Positions 13,587-25,155 of a stretch of DNA of 64,000 nucleotides are shown here, in pieces. Origin of the DNA: Harriotta raleighana (taxonomy: Eukaryota). The translations under genes were made by a program, and so were the position numbers. Each line of letters starts with the position of its first letter. Position 1 is the stretch's first letter. Location: positions 10,975,134-11,039,133 of the forward strand of contig JBNZDD010013732.1 of NCBI GenBank assembly GCA_050575255.1, read 5' to 3'. The notes beneath the pieces are model-generated. The model was given only the letters and a program-made list of their open reading frames with translations, did no database searches and was not told where the DNA came from.

Positions 13587-13753
13587 AAACAAAACGCAGA
13601 ATACAGAAGATGCTGGAAATCTCAACATTTCCGGTCCACAGCCATTGGTCAGGTTTGATCTGATGAAGGGCCATGGACCCGAAACATTGACTTACTTTCC
13701 TTTCTCCATAAAACCTATTGAGTGTTCCCAGCGATTTGTTTTTGTTTCAGATG
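13587..13753 (+). mobile_element. Penelope-like element terminal fragment with hammerhead-like core
   Basis: GATGCTGGAAATCTCA...CTGATGAAGGGCCATGGACCCGAAACATTGAC...TTTCCTTTCTCCATA...GAGTGTTCCCAGC; the two ends are imperfect inverted copies of each other. Confidence 0.65.
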
Positions 13754-14289
13754 GTATTTAAATCCTGGCCATGGGCCACTTTCGTCAGGATGGCCAAGCT
13801 ATGCTGCTGCAATTGAAGCTGCTGAATAGAATTTTTTTTACTGATGAGAATGGTGTATGGAAAGGGAAGGCCCTGGTATTCCCTCTGACCTTTAGATTTG
13901 GCTCCTCTTTCTGAGTTACAGGCAAATCAATACCAGCATTCCCTCAAGTAGTTCAGGTCAAGCATGGTCACATAAACCACACGACCATTCTGAAAACCAC
14001 ACACTTAATACTGCCCTCTCTGCCTCCAATGAATGACTGAGTGACTGTATGTATTTTTCTATGTATATTTAGATAAGTCACTGGGGAGCCTGCAGCACCT
14101 GAAGAGAAGCTGATACAGGCAATGCACATGAGTGAGCAATCCTGTGTGCCCATCACCCTTTCTCATTATATAGCTCATCGCTCAGATGCAGAATAAGCAT
14201 CCGTAAACTGCTATCTAGAAAAGAAACTTGTATTTTCACAGTGGCTTCTTTGAAACAGTCACTCACTGCCCTTGTAACTATTGTATTAT

Positions 14290-14640
14290 GAAAGGTAATG
14301 CCTGTTCTTGTAGGCAAATTCACAGCCAATTTGCTCACAGCAAGGATCCCACAAACAGGCATGGGGTGAACGATTGATTAATAATAATAATCCTTGCATT
14401 TGATATAGCACTATATCATCTGTGGGATTGCCAACCAGGACAGCGGATGAAACTCCCTTCTCTATTTGAACAGTGCAGTAGAATTTTAACACCCACCCAA
14501 ATAAGCAGTCAGGACTTTTGTGAATGTCATACCCAACCATTGCACCTCCAACAAAGCTGTGCATCCCAGCACTGCGCTGGAGTGTCAGCTCTACCTATGA
14601 GCTCAAATTACGAAGTACAGCTTGAACCTTTCACCAGCAT
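14290..14640 (-). mobile_element. Deu-domain SINE with a nested short SINE tail (about 14378-14420)
   Basis: CAGCCAATTTGCTCACAGCAAGGATCCCACAAACAG...CCCAGCACTGCGCTGGAGTGTCAGC; interrupted by TAATAATAATCCTTGCATTTGATATAGC. Confidence 0.65.
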
Positions 14641-15521
14641 CTAACATACTCCCACCCTGCCACCCCCTCACCACCTTCCCCGGCCAGGGGAGGGTCCTGA
14701 CTTAATACTCAATTCTGGACGAGGCAAACTTATCATCTCCAACCACAGAATCAACACTTACCCCCAATGAAGGGGAGGAGAGAGCGTGAGGACTAGTTAT
14801 AACTATCTTCTTTGTGAGCAGATCATTTTAGCAAAGAATAGTGGGAATAGAATATCTGTGCAGAGTTGTAGAAAGCTATGAACAAACTCATATACTTTCT
14901 CATCATCAACAACGACAATAAGAAAATTACATTTGTAGAGCACAGGAAGGCTTCTTTATATCTCCCCCAGACGCACCCCCTCCTGCCCACCAACATCCAG
15001 CCCACATCCAAAAGATGTTACCCTATGTAAAGGGAGCTGTACAAAATGCAAGTTATTGTGTGCATGAAATATTTTCATGAAACACTGATTGTTACACCAG
15101 GCTTGGACTGAAGAAAAATCAAATTAGCTGGAATTCTTCTACGTAAACACTGTACTTCACAAGATGTCAGCCCAGTACAGTCTGTTGCTCTGTCAGAAGG
15201 CTATGGGGACTGTGTCCCAGAGCTGCTATTCTTCAGAAGATATATTAAAATTAAACCCGTGTCTATCTGTTCACGTGGATGTTAAAGATAATATTATAAT
15301 ATAATATATATACTATATATTATAATATAATATTATAATTTACTGTAAAATGAATTGATTATATATTTTGTGGGTGAAATCCGATGAAATTCTCCTCAAA
15401 GAGGAGAATGACCACCAATCCTCCAGATAAAAGAGACTTTTGCTTAGCGGCCATTAATGGGGTTTTGCATTTTGCTCAATAGCTGCCACATATTCGCACA
15501 AATAAAGTCACCACACTGAAC

Positions 15522-15690
15522 CCTGTGCGCAATTTGGCTGCCGCGTTTCACCCACAAATATACAGTCAGTTTTTCCTGCTTTTCTTCCCCCAACCCCTCC
15601 CCCCACTTGACTGTACAGCGCCTTGGGACGTCCTCCTGACGTGAAAGGCGCTATATAAATATAATATATATATAAATAAATAAAAATAAA
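15522..15690 (+). mobile_element. Chimeric SINE body plus L2-type 3' tail
   Basis: CTGTGCGCAATTTGGCTGCCGCGTTTCACCCACAAATATACAGTCAG followed by a pyrimidine tract and CAGCGCCTTGGGACGTCCTCCTGACGTGAAAGGCGCTATATAAAT. Confidence 0.7.
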
Positions 15691-15715
15691 CCCAGTGAGA
15701 TATTCACGTGTAATA

Positions 15716-16433
15716 CAGGCAGTCCTCTAGTTACGACGTTTCGAGGTACGACAATTCGAAGTTACGACACTTAAAATCAGTAAAATTACGTCCGAGTTTC
15801 ATCCAAGTTCTCGAAGTTACGACACTACTATGTAAATACTTTAGTTGCCCCACGCGCGATAGAAAACTGGAGTCGCCGCTCTCAACACTTACGGGACCAC
15901 GATATGCGTTCAGGAACAGGATGGAGGCGAGACGCGAGTGTGTACTGTACAGGTACTGTGTGAGGCTGTGAGCTCGGCGGGACAGTACTCTCCAGCCTTT
16001 AGACTGCGCTACGTCACGTGTGATCTGCGTTGCGCTACGTCACGGGTGATCTGCATTGCGCTACGTCACGCATGATCTGCGTTGCGCTACGTCACACGTG
16101 ATCTCCTGCGTTGCGCTATGTCGCATCTGATCTGCGTTGCGCTACATCGCGTGTGATCTCCTGTGTTGCGCTACGTCGCGTGTGATCTCCTGTGTTGCGC
16201 TACATCGAGTGACAGACTCACAATGAAGCCATGTAAGTATAGTAATATTTTATTTTATTTACAGTACTGTACATATTAGGAGGGGTGCAGGGGAGAGAGG
16301 GCAGCTCACTATACACTACAACCAATCACTGTATGTTACTGTAAGCATTATAGGGGGGTGACTCGACCTACATACAAATTCGACTTACACCACATCTTAG
16401 GACCTAACCCTGACGTAACTTGAGGACTGCCTG
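15716..16433. mobile_element. Tc1/mariner-pogo (Tigger-like) non-autonomous DNA transposon
   Basis: TIR CAGGCAGTCCTCTAGTTACGAC versus right-end reverse complement CAGGCAGTCCTCAAGTTACGTC (20/22 identical); TA at 15714-15715 and 16434-16435; subterminal GTTACGAC repeats. Confidence 0.9.
16005..16211. repeat. CpG-rich minisatellite, 7 full units of 26 or 29 bp plus a partial unit
   Basis: Unit TGCGCTACGTCACGTGTGATCT(CCT)GCGT repeated in tandem inside the Tigger-like element. Confidence 0.95.
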
Positions 16434-17056
16434 TATCAAATGCCAAAATTATTATAATGATTGTATCTTGTCCCAGACACCCACATCAACCTGCCAAAAC
16501 TTTAATAATGAAGCAATATTCATTTCACATGCACATTATTATACAAATACATTGCATTTTAGAGATTACCATTTTAAAAGATATTAGCCTACTGAAAGAT
16601 GAAAGCTCCGAGCAGTAAAAATTAAACAGGCGTATCACTGAAGGCAATGCTTTAACAAGGCTCCCTGCTCTGTCTGCCATTTAATATGTACATATTTACA
16701 AATGCTGCCATGAAGTGCGCTTTATATTTAAACATTCAAAAGACACAATAGACATTTTTATGTCTGTTGCGCTCCAAATAATTGTGCAGAATTATGACCA
16801 CAGGAGCTCACAAAGACTAAAATCTTTTAAATTAGACTTGAGGAGATAATATGGTTAGTATACTCATGTGCAAATATCAAATGCTTCGCAATCATCTCTC
16901 TCTGTACCCAAAGCAGTGCCACCACTCCGAGGGCAAAATGTTTTTTCTACTCCTCACTCCTCTCAGTCCCTTTGTTGCATATCCCTTTTACTTCTCACAA
17001 GCTTCCACAGTTCAGGAAATCACATCTAATATCTTTTCAAGGATTTTTTTTCAAGC

Positions 17057-17571
17057 ATGAGACCTGTGTTCGAATCCAGGCAGGTCAGGGTAAAACTTTG
17101 GGCAAGTTTCCTTATTCTACATGCCCAATAAAGCAAAAGCCCATTTATCCGTGACTTGATCAACCGGAACTTCCATATAACCGGCATGTCAAAAAAAAAG
17201 ATCCCATCCGATTAACCAGATGCTATCAGGCACAATAGAGGTAGCACACGAGAGTACTGTACAGGTATTTCGGCTTGCCACTAGTAAAGCCATAAGGTCA
17301 CGCTGCAGTTTTTTTTTGCCTCCGTGGCAGCCGGTCCCCCGGGTGCCGGATAAATGGGCTTTTACTGTAATAATCCCTCAAAAAAAAACAGTAATAAAAT
17401 TGGTAATTTCAAAACATGACTGTTTGTGGGACACTGCTGTGCACGATTGGCTGCGATATTTCACCCACAAATATACAATTCACTTTACAGTATATTCTGT
17501 GAAGTGCTTTGAGATGTCTAGAAGATGTGAAAAAGCGCTATATCAAATGCAAGGATTATTGTTATTATTTT
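17057..17571 (+). mobile_element. tRNA-derived SINE interrupted by a MITE
   Basis: B-box region GTTCGAATCC and GGGCAAGTTTCCTTA before the insertion; the SINE resumes at TAATAATCCCTC and runs to its tail. Confidence 0.85.
17131..17367. mobile_element. Tigger-like MITE (237 bp) inserted in a SINE
   Basis: Left end AAGCAAAAGCCCATTTATCCG versus right-end reverse complement CAGTAAAAGCCCATTTATCCG; TA at 17129-17130 and 17368-17369. Confidence 0.85.
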
Positions 17572-17780
17572 AATCAACAGGATGATTTCGCACAAAAATG
17601 TCATGACAATTCCCCTTTACAGTTTATCCTGTGAAGCGCTTTTAGGATCTTACTGATGTGAAAAGTGATGCTATACAAAGTGTAAAGAATATTAATACTG
17701 TATGCAATCCTCCATCGGGAATGCCTGACTTTCCACGATTCACAGCCTTGTGCATTGTCATGATGCTGGAAGAGAGACTT

Positions 17781-18100
17781 TAATAATAGTAATCCTTGCA
17801 TTTGATATAGTGCCTCATCAAGTCTTTGAGATGTCTCAAAGCACTTCACAAAATATACTATAAAGTGAATTGACTGTATAATTATGGGTGAAACGTGACA
17901 GCTAATTGCACACAACAGTGTCCCACAAACAGTTGTGGATTGAGGAACCAAATTATTATTATTTTTTTTAATGAAGGATTATTATCAGGCATGTGGAGTA
18001 AGGAAACTTGCCCAAGGTTTCGCCCTGAGCTGCCTGGAATTGAACCCAGGTCTCGCACTTGCAAGACAAGCGCTGTACCCACTGAGCTACAGGACTCCAC
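17781..18100 (-). mobile_element. tRNA-derived SINE, full length
   Basis: Minus strand starts GTGGAGTCCTGTAGCTCAGTGGG...GGTTCAATTCC and ends TCAAATGCAAGGATTACTATTATT. Confidence 0.9.
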
Positions 18101-19009
18101 AAGGGAAGGGATAACATCTCAAGGATTATATTGAAATCTGTGTAATTGTTTACGCTAAATGAACAGTTCCTCATTTCAATTATCAGTTGCTAAATCAAGA
18201 CATTAAGTTAATGGGAACAAGACATCATAATTTACAAACAAACGTGTTTGACATTGGTACTGTCATACCACATAATGTTCAAATGGCTTAATTGTTCATT
18301 CACTTCATTGTCTTCAGGTTTTCATAGCTAGGTAACAAAACATCTTACTGGCAATAGAAATTATTTCTAAGCATTTGGAATGCAAAGACTGGTTCTGTTG
18401 ATCAAATTGATCACAAAAGCAATGTTATGATTATGCGTATGAGAGTGTGTATACAATGCGAGTGTAACTTTAGTGTTACATTGATACATTTGCAAAACAA
18501 GGAGGAAGAAAAATAGTACAGTATCTTCACTCTCCTTCAATAGAACAGAATTACAGTGATGACAGTACTGCTGATAATAAGGCATTCATGAATCCCTGAT
18601 CCCACAGCTAATAAATAGTTCATAAATTTATGGCTAGGGTACAGAGTAGCCAGTCCATATCAATGTACATCAGCTGTGAAGCCAACAACACACAAGAGGC
18701 CTATTTTACACTACATAACATCCTTGAATCACACAGTTTTATTGTTCTTGCAACTGATAATCGATCTTTATTTTTCATAAAAAGCCGAAGGGAAATGGCA
18801 AGAGGTTAAAATTAAATTGGTTCAATATAAGTACTTAGATAATAGTTTTAAAATATCTGCAAACACCAATTTTTTTAATTTTTTTTTAAAGTCTCTGTTG
18901 AACATTTTCTTGAAGCAGAAATGGATTTCAATTAAAACTGGATGCAACCAACAGGACAAAATATCATTTTGTACATTCTTAATTTAGACAATTGTGGAAA
19001 GAATAATAA

Positions 19010-19290
19010 GCAATTGTTGTATTTGATATAGCATCTCACTACATTGTCAACCATCTCAAAGTTCTTCATAGGATTTCCTGTAAAATATAGCCACTGCTTA
19101 TTTTTTCATTGAAAGAGGCAGCCAATTTCTCACAAACAGCCATGGCATGAGTGACTGATTTTAGTTGAGGGATTCTTGGCCATAAAGGAGTGTCTCCTGG
19201 TGAGAAAGGCCATGGAATCATTCACATCCGCTCCCTTACAAGCACAGATTTAACGTCTCATCTAAAGAATGGTATTTTCATGAGAATTTG
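19010..19290 (-). mobile_element. Deu-domain SINE, degraded
   Basis: GCAGCCAATTT...CACAAACAGCCATGG...TTGAGGGATTCTTGGCC...TTTAACGTCTCATCTAAAG. Confidence 0.6.
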
Positions 19291-19907
19291 AAGGTGAGCT
19301 CAAAATGCTGGTGTGGGGGCAACAGAAGCCACCTGGATGTGTGTTGGTACCATTCCTACATCCGAGTCAGAAAGTTGTGAGTTCAACATGAAAGGCTCTA
19401 GATCAAATGAGTAGATTATAATTATTATGATAGAAATGGTTACAGAGGATAGCCTTACACTTGGATCTCAGCAAAAGTCTGCACTTTGAGGAGAGTGCAG
19501 AAACTAATTATAATTGCACAAATTTCAGAATAATTCTAACTCTTTTTTTTAAAAAAAGAGCAAGGATCCTAATTAAGGGAACTTAAATCTCCCATTAGCA
19601 TTCAGAGTACAAGAAATGGCTTTCAACAATATCAAAATATTTCCACTCAAATTTTCTTTGCAACAGTTTTCGCAGTTTATACAGAGAAACATTGGCACGT
19701 TAAACAAGAGAGCCATTTCTCAGAGGAGATGAACCAGCAATTCATTCAATTCCATTTAATCTATCCCAACATCACATAACTTTTGTGGAAGCTTTGATAT
19801 GTTAACCCAATACAGCTTTTTGATAACCTAAATCCAGAGAGTATAAAATGCAGGCAAGGCTTGAGGACTCGAGAGCGTGCATTTAACCAGATTAAAAAAA
19901 CGCAGTA

Positions 19908-20197
19908 TGGTAAGATTCCCACTGCTTGTCCAGCTAGGATCACCCTACTATATGGGCTTTGGCTGCAAGTCTAACAAGAGCTGAGTAGGACGAATCCCTG
20001 CCATGTAACCAATCTGCCACTCCAGGTCTTGCAAAATAGTCAGGCTGGGTGGGCTGTAATCAGCAGTGTTCGAGAATACTGTGGGCCCACCTGGCTCATG
20101 CAACTAAGATCTCCACAGAGGTTGACTCAATTCGGACATTCCATTGCCAAGCACATCACCTTGGAGCCAGATCAGGCCCAAAGAGACTCCACTTACC
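19908..20197. repeat. Unclassified dispersed repeat, copy 1
   Basis: Colinear over about 290 bp with 36734-37026; shares the exact 24-mer TTCCCACTGCTTGTCCAGCTAGGA. Confidence 0.8.
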
Positions 20198-21716
20198 TTC
20201 CCTGTCACTACACAACAACCCAGCTCATATTCTGTCATTCCTACTGTACACATTTGCAAATGGTAATAATAATACTTGCATTTGGGAGAGAGTCTTATGA
20301 TTGGATGTTGGAATCGCTTCACAGGAATTACTATAAAGGGGATTGACTGTATTTGTAGGCAAATGGTGATCAAAACTTGATACTGCATCATTAACATAAT
20401 AAAAGACTGCCCAAGAGAGTAGATGGCACACAAGGCTCTGGCCAACAAACCAAGATAAAATTGCTCATTCATTTCACGGTTGTTTGTGGGACATTGCTGT
20501 GTCGCATTGTCCTCCAAAGACACCGTCACTGCACTTTACAGCAATTTCTATGAAGTGCTTTGAGAAATCCTCCTCAAATGAAAGATGCTATATCAAAAGC
20601 TAGGATGATCATAATGCTGCAGGTTTCCTCCTCACTCCACTGTGTTGTTGCAGAAAATGATGAATATTCTTTCAGAAGCAAACCAAAAAGTTTCTGTTTC
20701 AATGTGGACCAGTGAGGGCAGCTTTCGTTGTTGCACATTCATTTGGCAATATCTTTCAGATGAAGCCCAGCCAAGTTGTGGCCTAAAAGAGCAATGCATT
20801 AAATAAATCCACATATAACGTTAGGAATGATCTTCATTATGAGCACATAATTCATAGTTGATTCCTCACTGGGTTACAACCTATATATTAACTGAGAACC
20901 TCTTTCACCCATTACACGGAAAGTATTAGACTTCCTTTCAGTTTATTTTAATCGAATTTTGTCCCTGGAGCACTTTCTTCTTAATGGTTGTTTCCTTCAG
21001 CTAAAATTGGAATTGCTTGAGCATATTCACTGTACCAGAAAGGGTTGGTCCCAGCAGGAAATGTACAGGAGATGCACAATATGACCCTATAAGCTAAGTT
21101 ATAATTGCATGCAGTTATGTTAAGTAAAAAGCAGCTTTGGCTTTTCAGGATAATTCTAACCCTTACACTTGATATAGGACCTTATGACGATGTCGAGATG
21201 TCTCAAAGGGCTTCACGGGAATTTACTGTGAAGTGTTGTGAATGTCCATTTGCAGACTACTGCGGAAGTCAAAGGCCAGAATGAGCAAGGGCAACAATCA
21301 GATTGTGAGAAATAAAGCATCAAAGGTAGTCAACAATCCTTCACAAACCCAGCCATCACCAACTCTCTCATGCTCCTCCTCCCCCCATTTATTGTATCAG
21401 TCGATTTGGATTGAGTAAGATTTTTGTATGATACAGTTGTACAACTGACACCAGCTTCTTCTCAACACCCGTGAGAATGCAGCGTCAAGAAGCGCTGTTG
21501 AACAAAATGAATGTTGATCTGGGTCTTCCTTTTCAACCCCTTTTAAAATGTTATGCAACTCTGAAATGTCTCCTCTCAAAACTGAAGAAGCCTAGCTTGT
21601 CTTGCTGATTTCATCGCCAGTGAGGTAGCTTGTGGGAGCTGCAGTTTTGGCAAAGGCCTTTGGATTTTTTCAGAACTCATTTTTCAGAAATGCAAATGAA
21701 ATCCAAAGGCACTTAC

Positions 21717-21790
21717 AAGTAAACAAATGGTGTCTGATAAACATAAATGGAAGCAGTGCCAAACAGGTCCTGCTGAGGCTTTCTTCACTC
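21717..21790 (-). other. Candidate internal (probably non-coding) exon, 74 nt
   Basis: Acceptor TTTCACTTTTCAG and donor GTAAGT in non-repeat DNA; supported by splice signals only. Confidence 0.3.
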
Positions 21791-24700
21791 CTGAAAAGTG
21801 AAATGACACAAGACAAAGGTTTGAGGAGCAGCTCATGTCACCGAGCTGCCAATTAATTCCCTAATGAGTGGGAGTAGCGACAGGCAGCCAGTCAGCGCAG
21901 GGAGCAGTGTGTAAGCACAATGAGACTGTACCTGCTGAGGTACGGCTTGCACCGTGCTGGACATGATGGGTTGAAATAGAGTAAAGAAAGCGCGCTGCTG
22001 TAGGCTTTGCCAAGTGAATTGAAAACTTCAAGTTAAATGGCATCACAAAGGCTTTTCATTTCAGTGACAAAAATCTTTTTTTTTAAATTACAAAAAACAC
22101 ATTAACATTTCCATTCTTCCTTCACACCTCCTTGCATCTTCAGTACATGGGCTACCCACATTACTGGGTGCTTTGACGATGTGCTGTAAGCTTGGCATAG
22201 CTCCTGAAGGCTCCAGTAGATTTGATAATGCTGGATTCACTGTTTAAAAAGCTATCAATATTCATAAAAGGCCTGCATTCATCTGGTTTCCATGATGTGG
22301 CTCAGACCAAAGACTTCCTGGCTTTAGGCGATGACATTTCGGTGTGTGGGAAGGCGACAAAAGGGGGAAAGAAATTCGATTGAAACTATAACCGAAGGCA
22401 GGAGAATGGTGCACACTGTGGTCCCTCGACACTGGCAAGGAAAGTGTGAACCTTGGAGCATTGGATGCTTTTAAACTGTGGCTGGAGATGAGGCGAGCTT
22501 GCCAGGGAAAGATCAGTTTTCTGATTACAAAACATGGGAAGGATTTGTCTGCCACTCACGTGGATCGATCACCAAACTGCTTTAAGCCTTGTGACTCCCA
22601 GGCTGGATCCCCAGCTGCAAAGTGACGAATTCTTTGCTTGAATCATCTACCTCACACAGTGCTCGAATTCAGTGCTCGATCACATTTAGCCTTTACACTA
22701 AAGAAAAATTGTTCTACGACATTAATTACCTTTGGGAAATGCTTGTGCATTTCCCCAAAGGTAACTCCTTTGATTCTTTTGAGTCGAGTACAAACAGCAA
22801 AACGTTTCCCGAGAGGTCAGGTTACTTTCAGACAAGACACAACCTCTCTGGTTACAGTACAAGGGAGTGCCACTTTCTGCGCACACAGGAGTTAGCCAGC
22901 AGTCATCAATCAGATCATCTGTTCAGACCCAGGGGCAATCCGCTCAGCCCTTTCAAATTATGCAGCACCTCATTATAACACAGGTTTGCTTCCTATGCCA
23001 CTTGCAATATCCGTCATATGCTTCCCAACTCCCTTCCCGATTTCCAATATCCCCTTCTCAGACTTCCTGAATCCTGAATCCTTCAGTGACAAGTTGAGAA
23101 GCACGACAATAGAATTTGAATGACTTTGCTCACTGAGAGAGCGCTATCTTTCTATGTGCACACACTGTAGCTGTGTTGTCGATCATGGACGTGCTGGCTT
23201 CTGGCAGTTTTATGGGGGGCTAGAATGTTATGAACCCACCCAACAACAACAACTTTGATTTATATAGTGCCCTCCACGCCAGACAGAGTCTCAGAGTGCT
23301 TAGCGCTCCCACAGTCCTATACATCAACCACGGCCTTCTGACTAGGCGGCATGTACCCACATTAAAAGCTCCCTTGCAATGCAGCTTTTAGCCATCATTT
23401 CAACTTTGCTGTTGTGGCATCCCTCCAATTACACCGCAATGGAGACAGGCAGAAATTGATGACGATATAAAAATGAAGAGCTGATCTAACTAAGATAAGC
23501 ACCACCCCTGTTTTCCATGTAAAACCAACCACTTCAACATGGTCAATGGATGACATATCAGCACCTTGCAATTGTGTGAAGTACATGGGATCACTGGCAA
23601 TGCTCCAATTCATTCTTGAGCCAAATGACAAGAATGAAAAATCAAGTCAAGATGAACTGAATAGCACTGTCTGCTGCTGACTGACTCTGTGTGTCCATGG
23701 TGCACAGAATACATGTCAAACCTTTTCATGTTCTCAAATTAAACTAAGAACGAAACCTTGACAGACTGCTTCACATCAGTGCCCCCGTTTACAGTCGCTT
23801 GCAAGCTCCTTCACCAAGATCTTTCTATCTGCTGGATGTCTGCTGTTTTAACTGCGTTAATTCCCGTGGCAGCATCACAGTGGCCATGCAGCTCCAACAT
23901 TCGAGTTGCTTTTATGTTGAGTGACACAAATACCAGTTCCTCAGGTTTCCATTCAAGGTATTTAAACTTCAACAGCACTGACAGCAAGACCTCAAAGTCG
24001 TTACGAAAAATTATTACAAGTTGGGAACTCCCATTTTAACTTGGTCCTGCATTTGTTAGGCAGAGCACTTGTCAAATGTGCTCAGTTTCTCTGCCTCCCC
24101 TGTACAAACAAGGGCAGTCATTAATCATACTGAGCCCACAGTCTTGAGCTCTATGGAAACAGCAAAGCTATCAGAACATCCCATTCAATTCGTCAGTCTC
24201 CTCAGCCAATATGGAGCGGAAAGCCACGCATAATGATGGACCTAAAGCTTCAAGGCAAAGACTTTTAGTGCACACAAAATAAACATGCTCTGCACAGCCT
24301 CCAGACTGCTTTGCACACAGATATATCCGCCCAAGAGACATACTAATTAAAATAAGCTATAGAGAACTTTCTGAGTCTAAAAGAATCGTGCTTCACGAAC
24401 ATCTTCTGACCGGTTATTAACACACTGTGGAGTTGGACGGCCTAAAGTCAATTCCACTCTTCTCCAGGTCATGTGGATCCATGTTGGCCCACAAATTAGA
24501 TAGTATTACTCCATTTATGCTTCCAAATTCAATCTATGTTAAGCACTTCTAATCAGCAAGGAAATAAACTTTAGTAACAAACCTTATGTTATTTACATTG
24601 ATTGTGTGAGTCAATAATTCTGTGGAATAAATTTGAAATTTAACTGTGTAAAACACGTTTACCTCTCACTGCAATGCACTGCTGTTTTTTCTTCTCCCCT

Positions 24701-25091
24701 TCAGTAAATTTTATGGATATTCCATCGTGATTTTAGCAGCAATCAAACTTAAACAGATTCAGTATAAAAAAAACACAACCTCTATGCAGTGAACAATGTC
24801 ACTCCTCAGATTCAACCAGATTCAAACTCTGAAAAATCCCAGACATTTCAGCAATCATGGTTCCAATATTCAGGCTCTCCGCTTCAGCCCATTTTACTAC
24901 ATCTTTATAGTTTTCTGGAGGTGAAACAATTGAAGTTGCTGCGAACAGGTTTCATCTTACAATCGTCGCCTCCGAAGTACAATGCACAACAACGTGAAAT
25001 TATCAAATGCATACTTCATGCATCAATCTTCCAAGTCTCCGGACTTGTGAGTGTGTAAACAAAAAGTTTTTTAAAAAATAAAAAACCTCAC

Positions 25092-25155
25092 CAGACTTAT
25101 TCTGGGCCTATTCTGTGCAGCACCTGTCTTTATGGACTGTTGCATCAAGTCAGTT
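25092..25155 (-). other. Candidate internal exon, 64 nt
   Basis: Acceptor TTTTTTCCTCTAG and donor CTG|GTGAGG; one frame is open (TDLMQQSIKTGAAQNRPRISL) with no recognised homology. Confidence 0.25.

Noticed and set aside
16005-16211. CRISPR-like regular repeat
   Set aside because: Units are contiguous with no unique spacers and no cas genes; it is a minisatellite inside a eukaryotic MITE.
18030-18100. tRNA-like sequences (also about 740-808, 25966-26030, 58875-58948)
   Set aside because: They are SINE heads continuing into SINE bodies; no complete cloverleaf or acceptor stem.
21690-21836. Minus-strand peptide KKASAGPV resembling the NRCAM signal peptide (KKRLSAGRV)
   Set aside because: No matching start context, no LEVPLD-like end or phase-1 donor, and the frame stops; likely coincidence.
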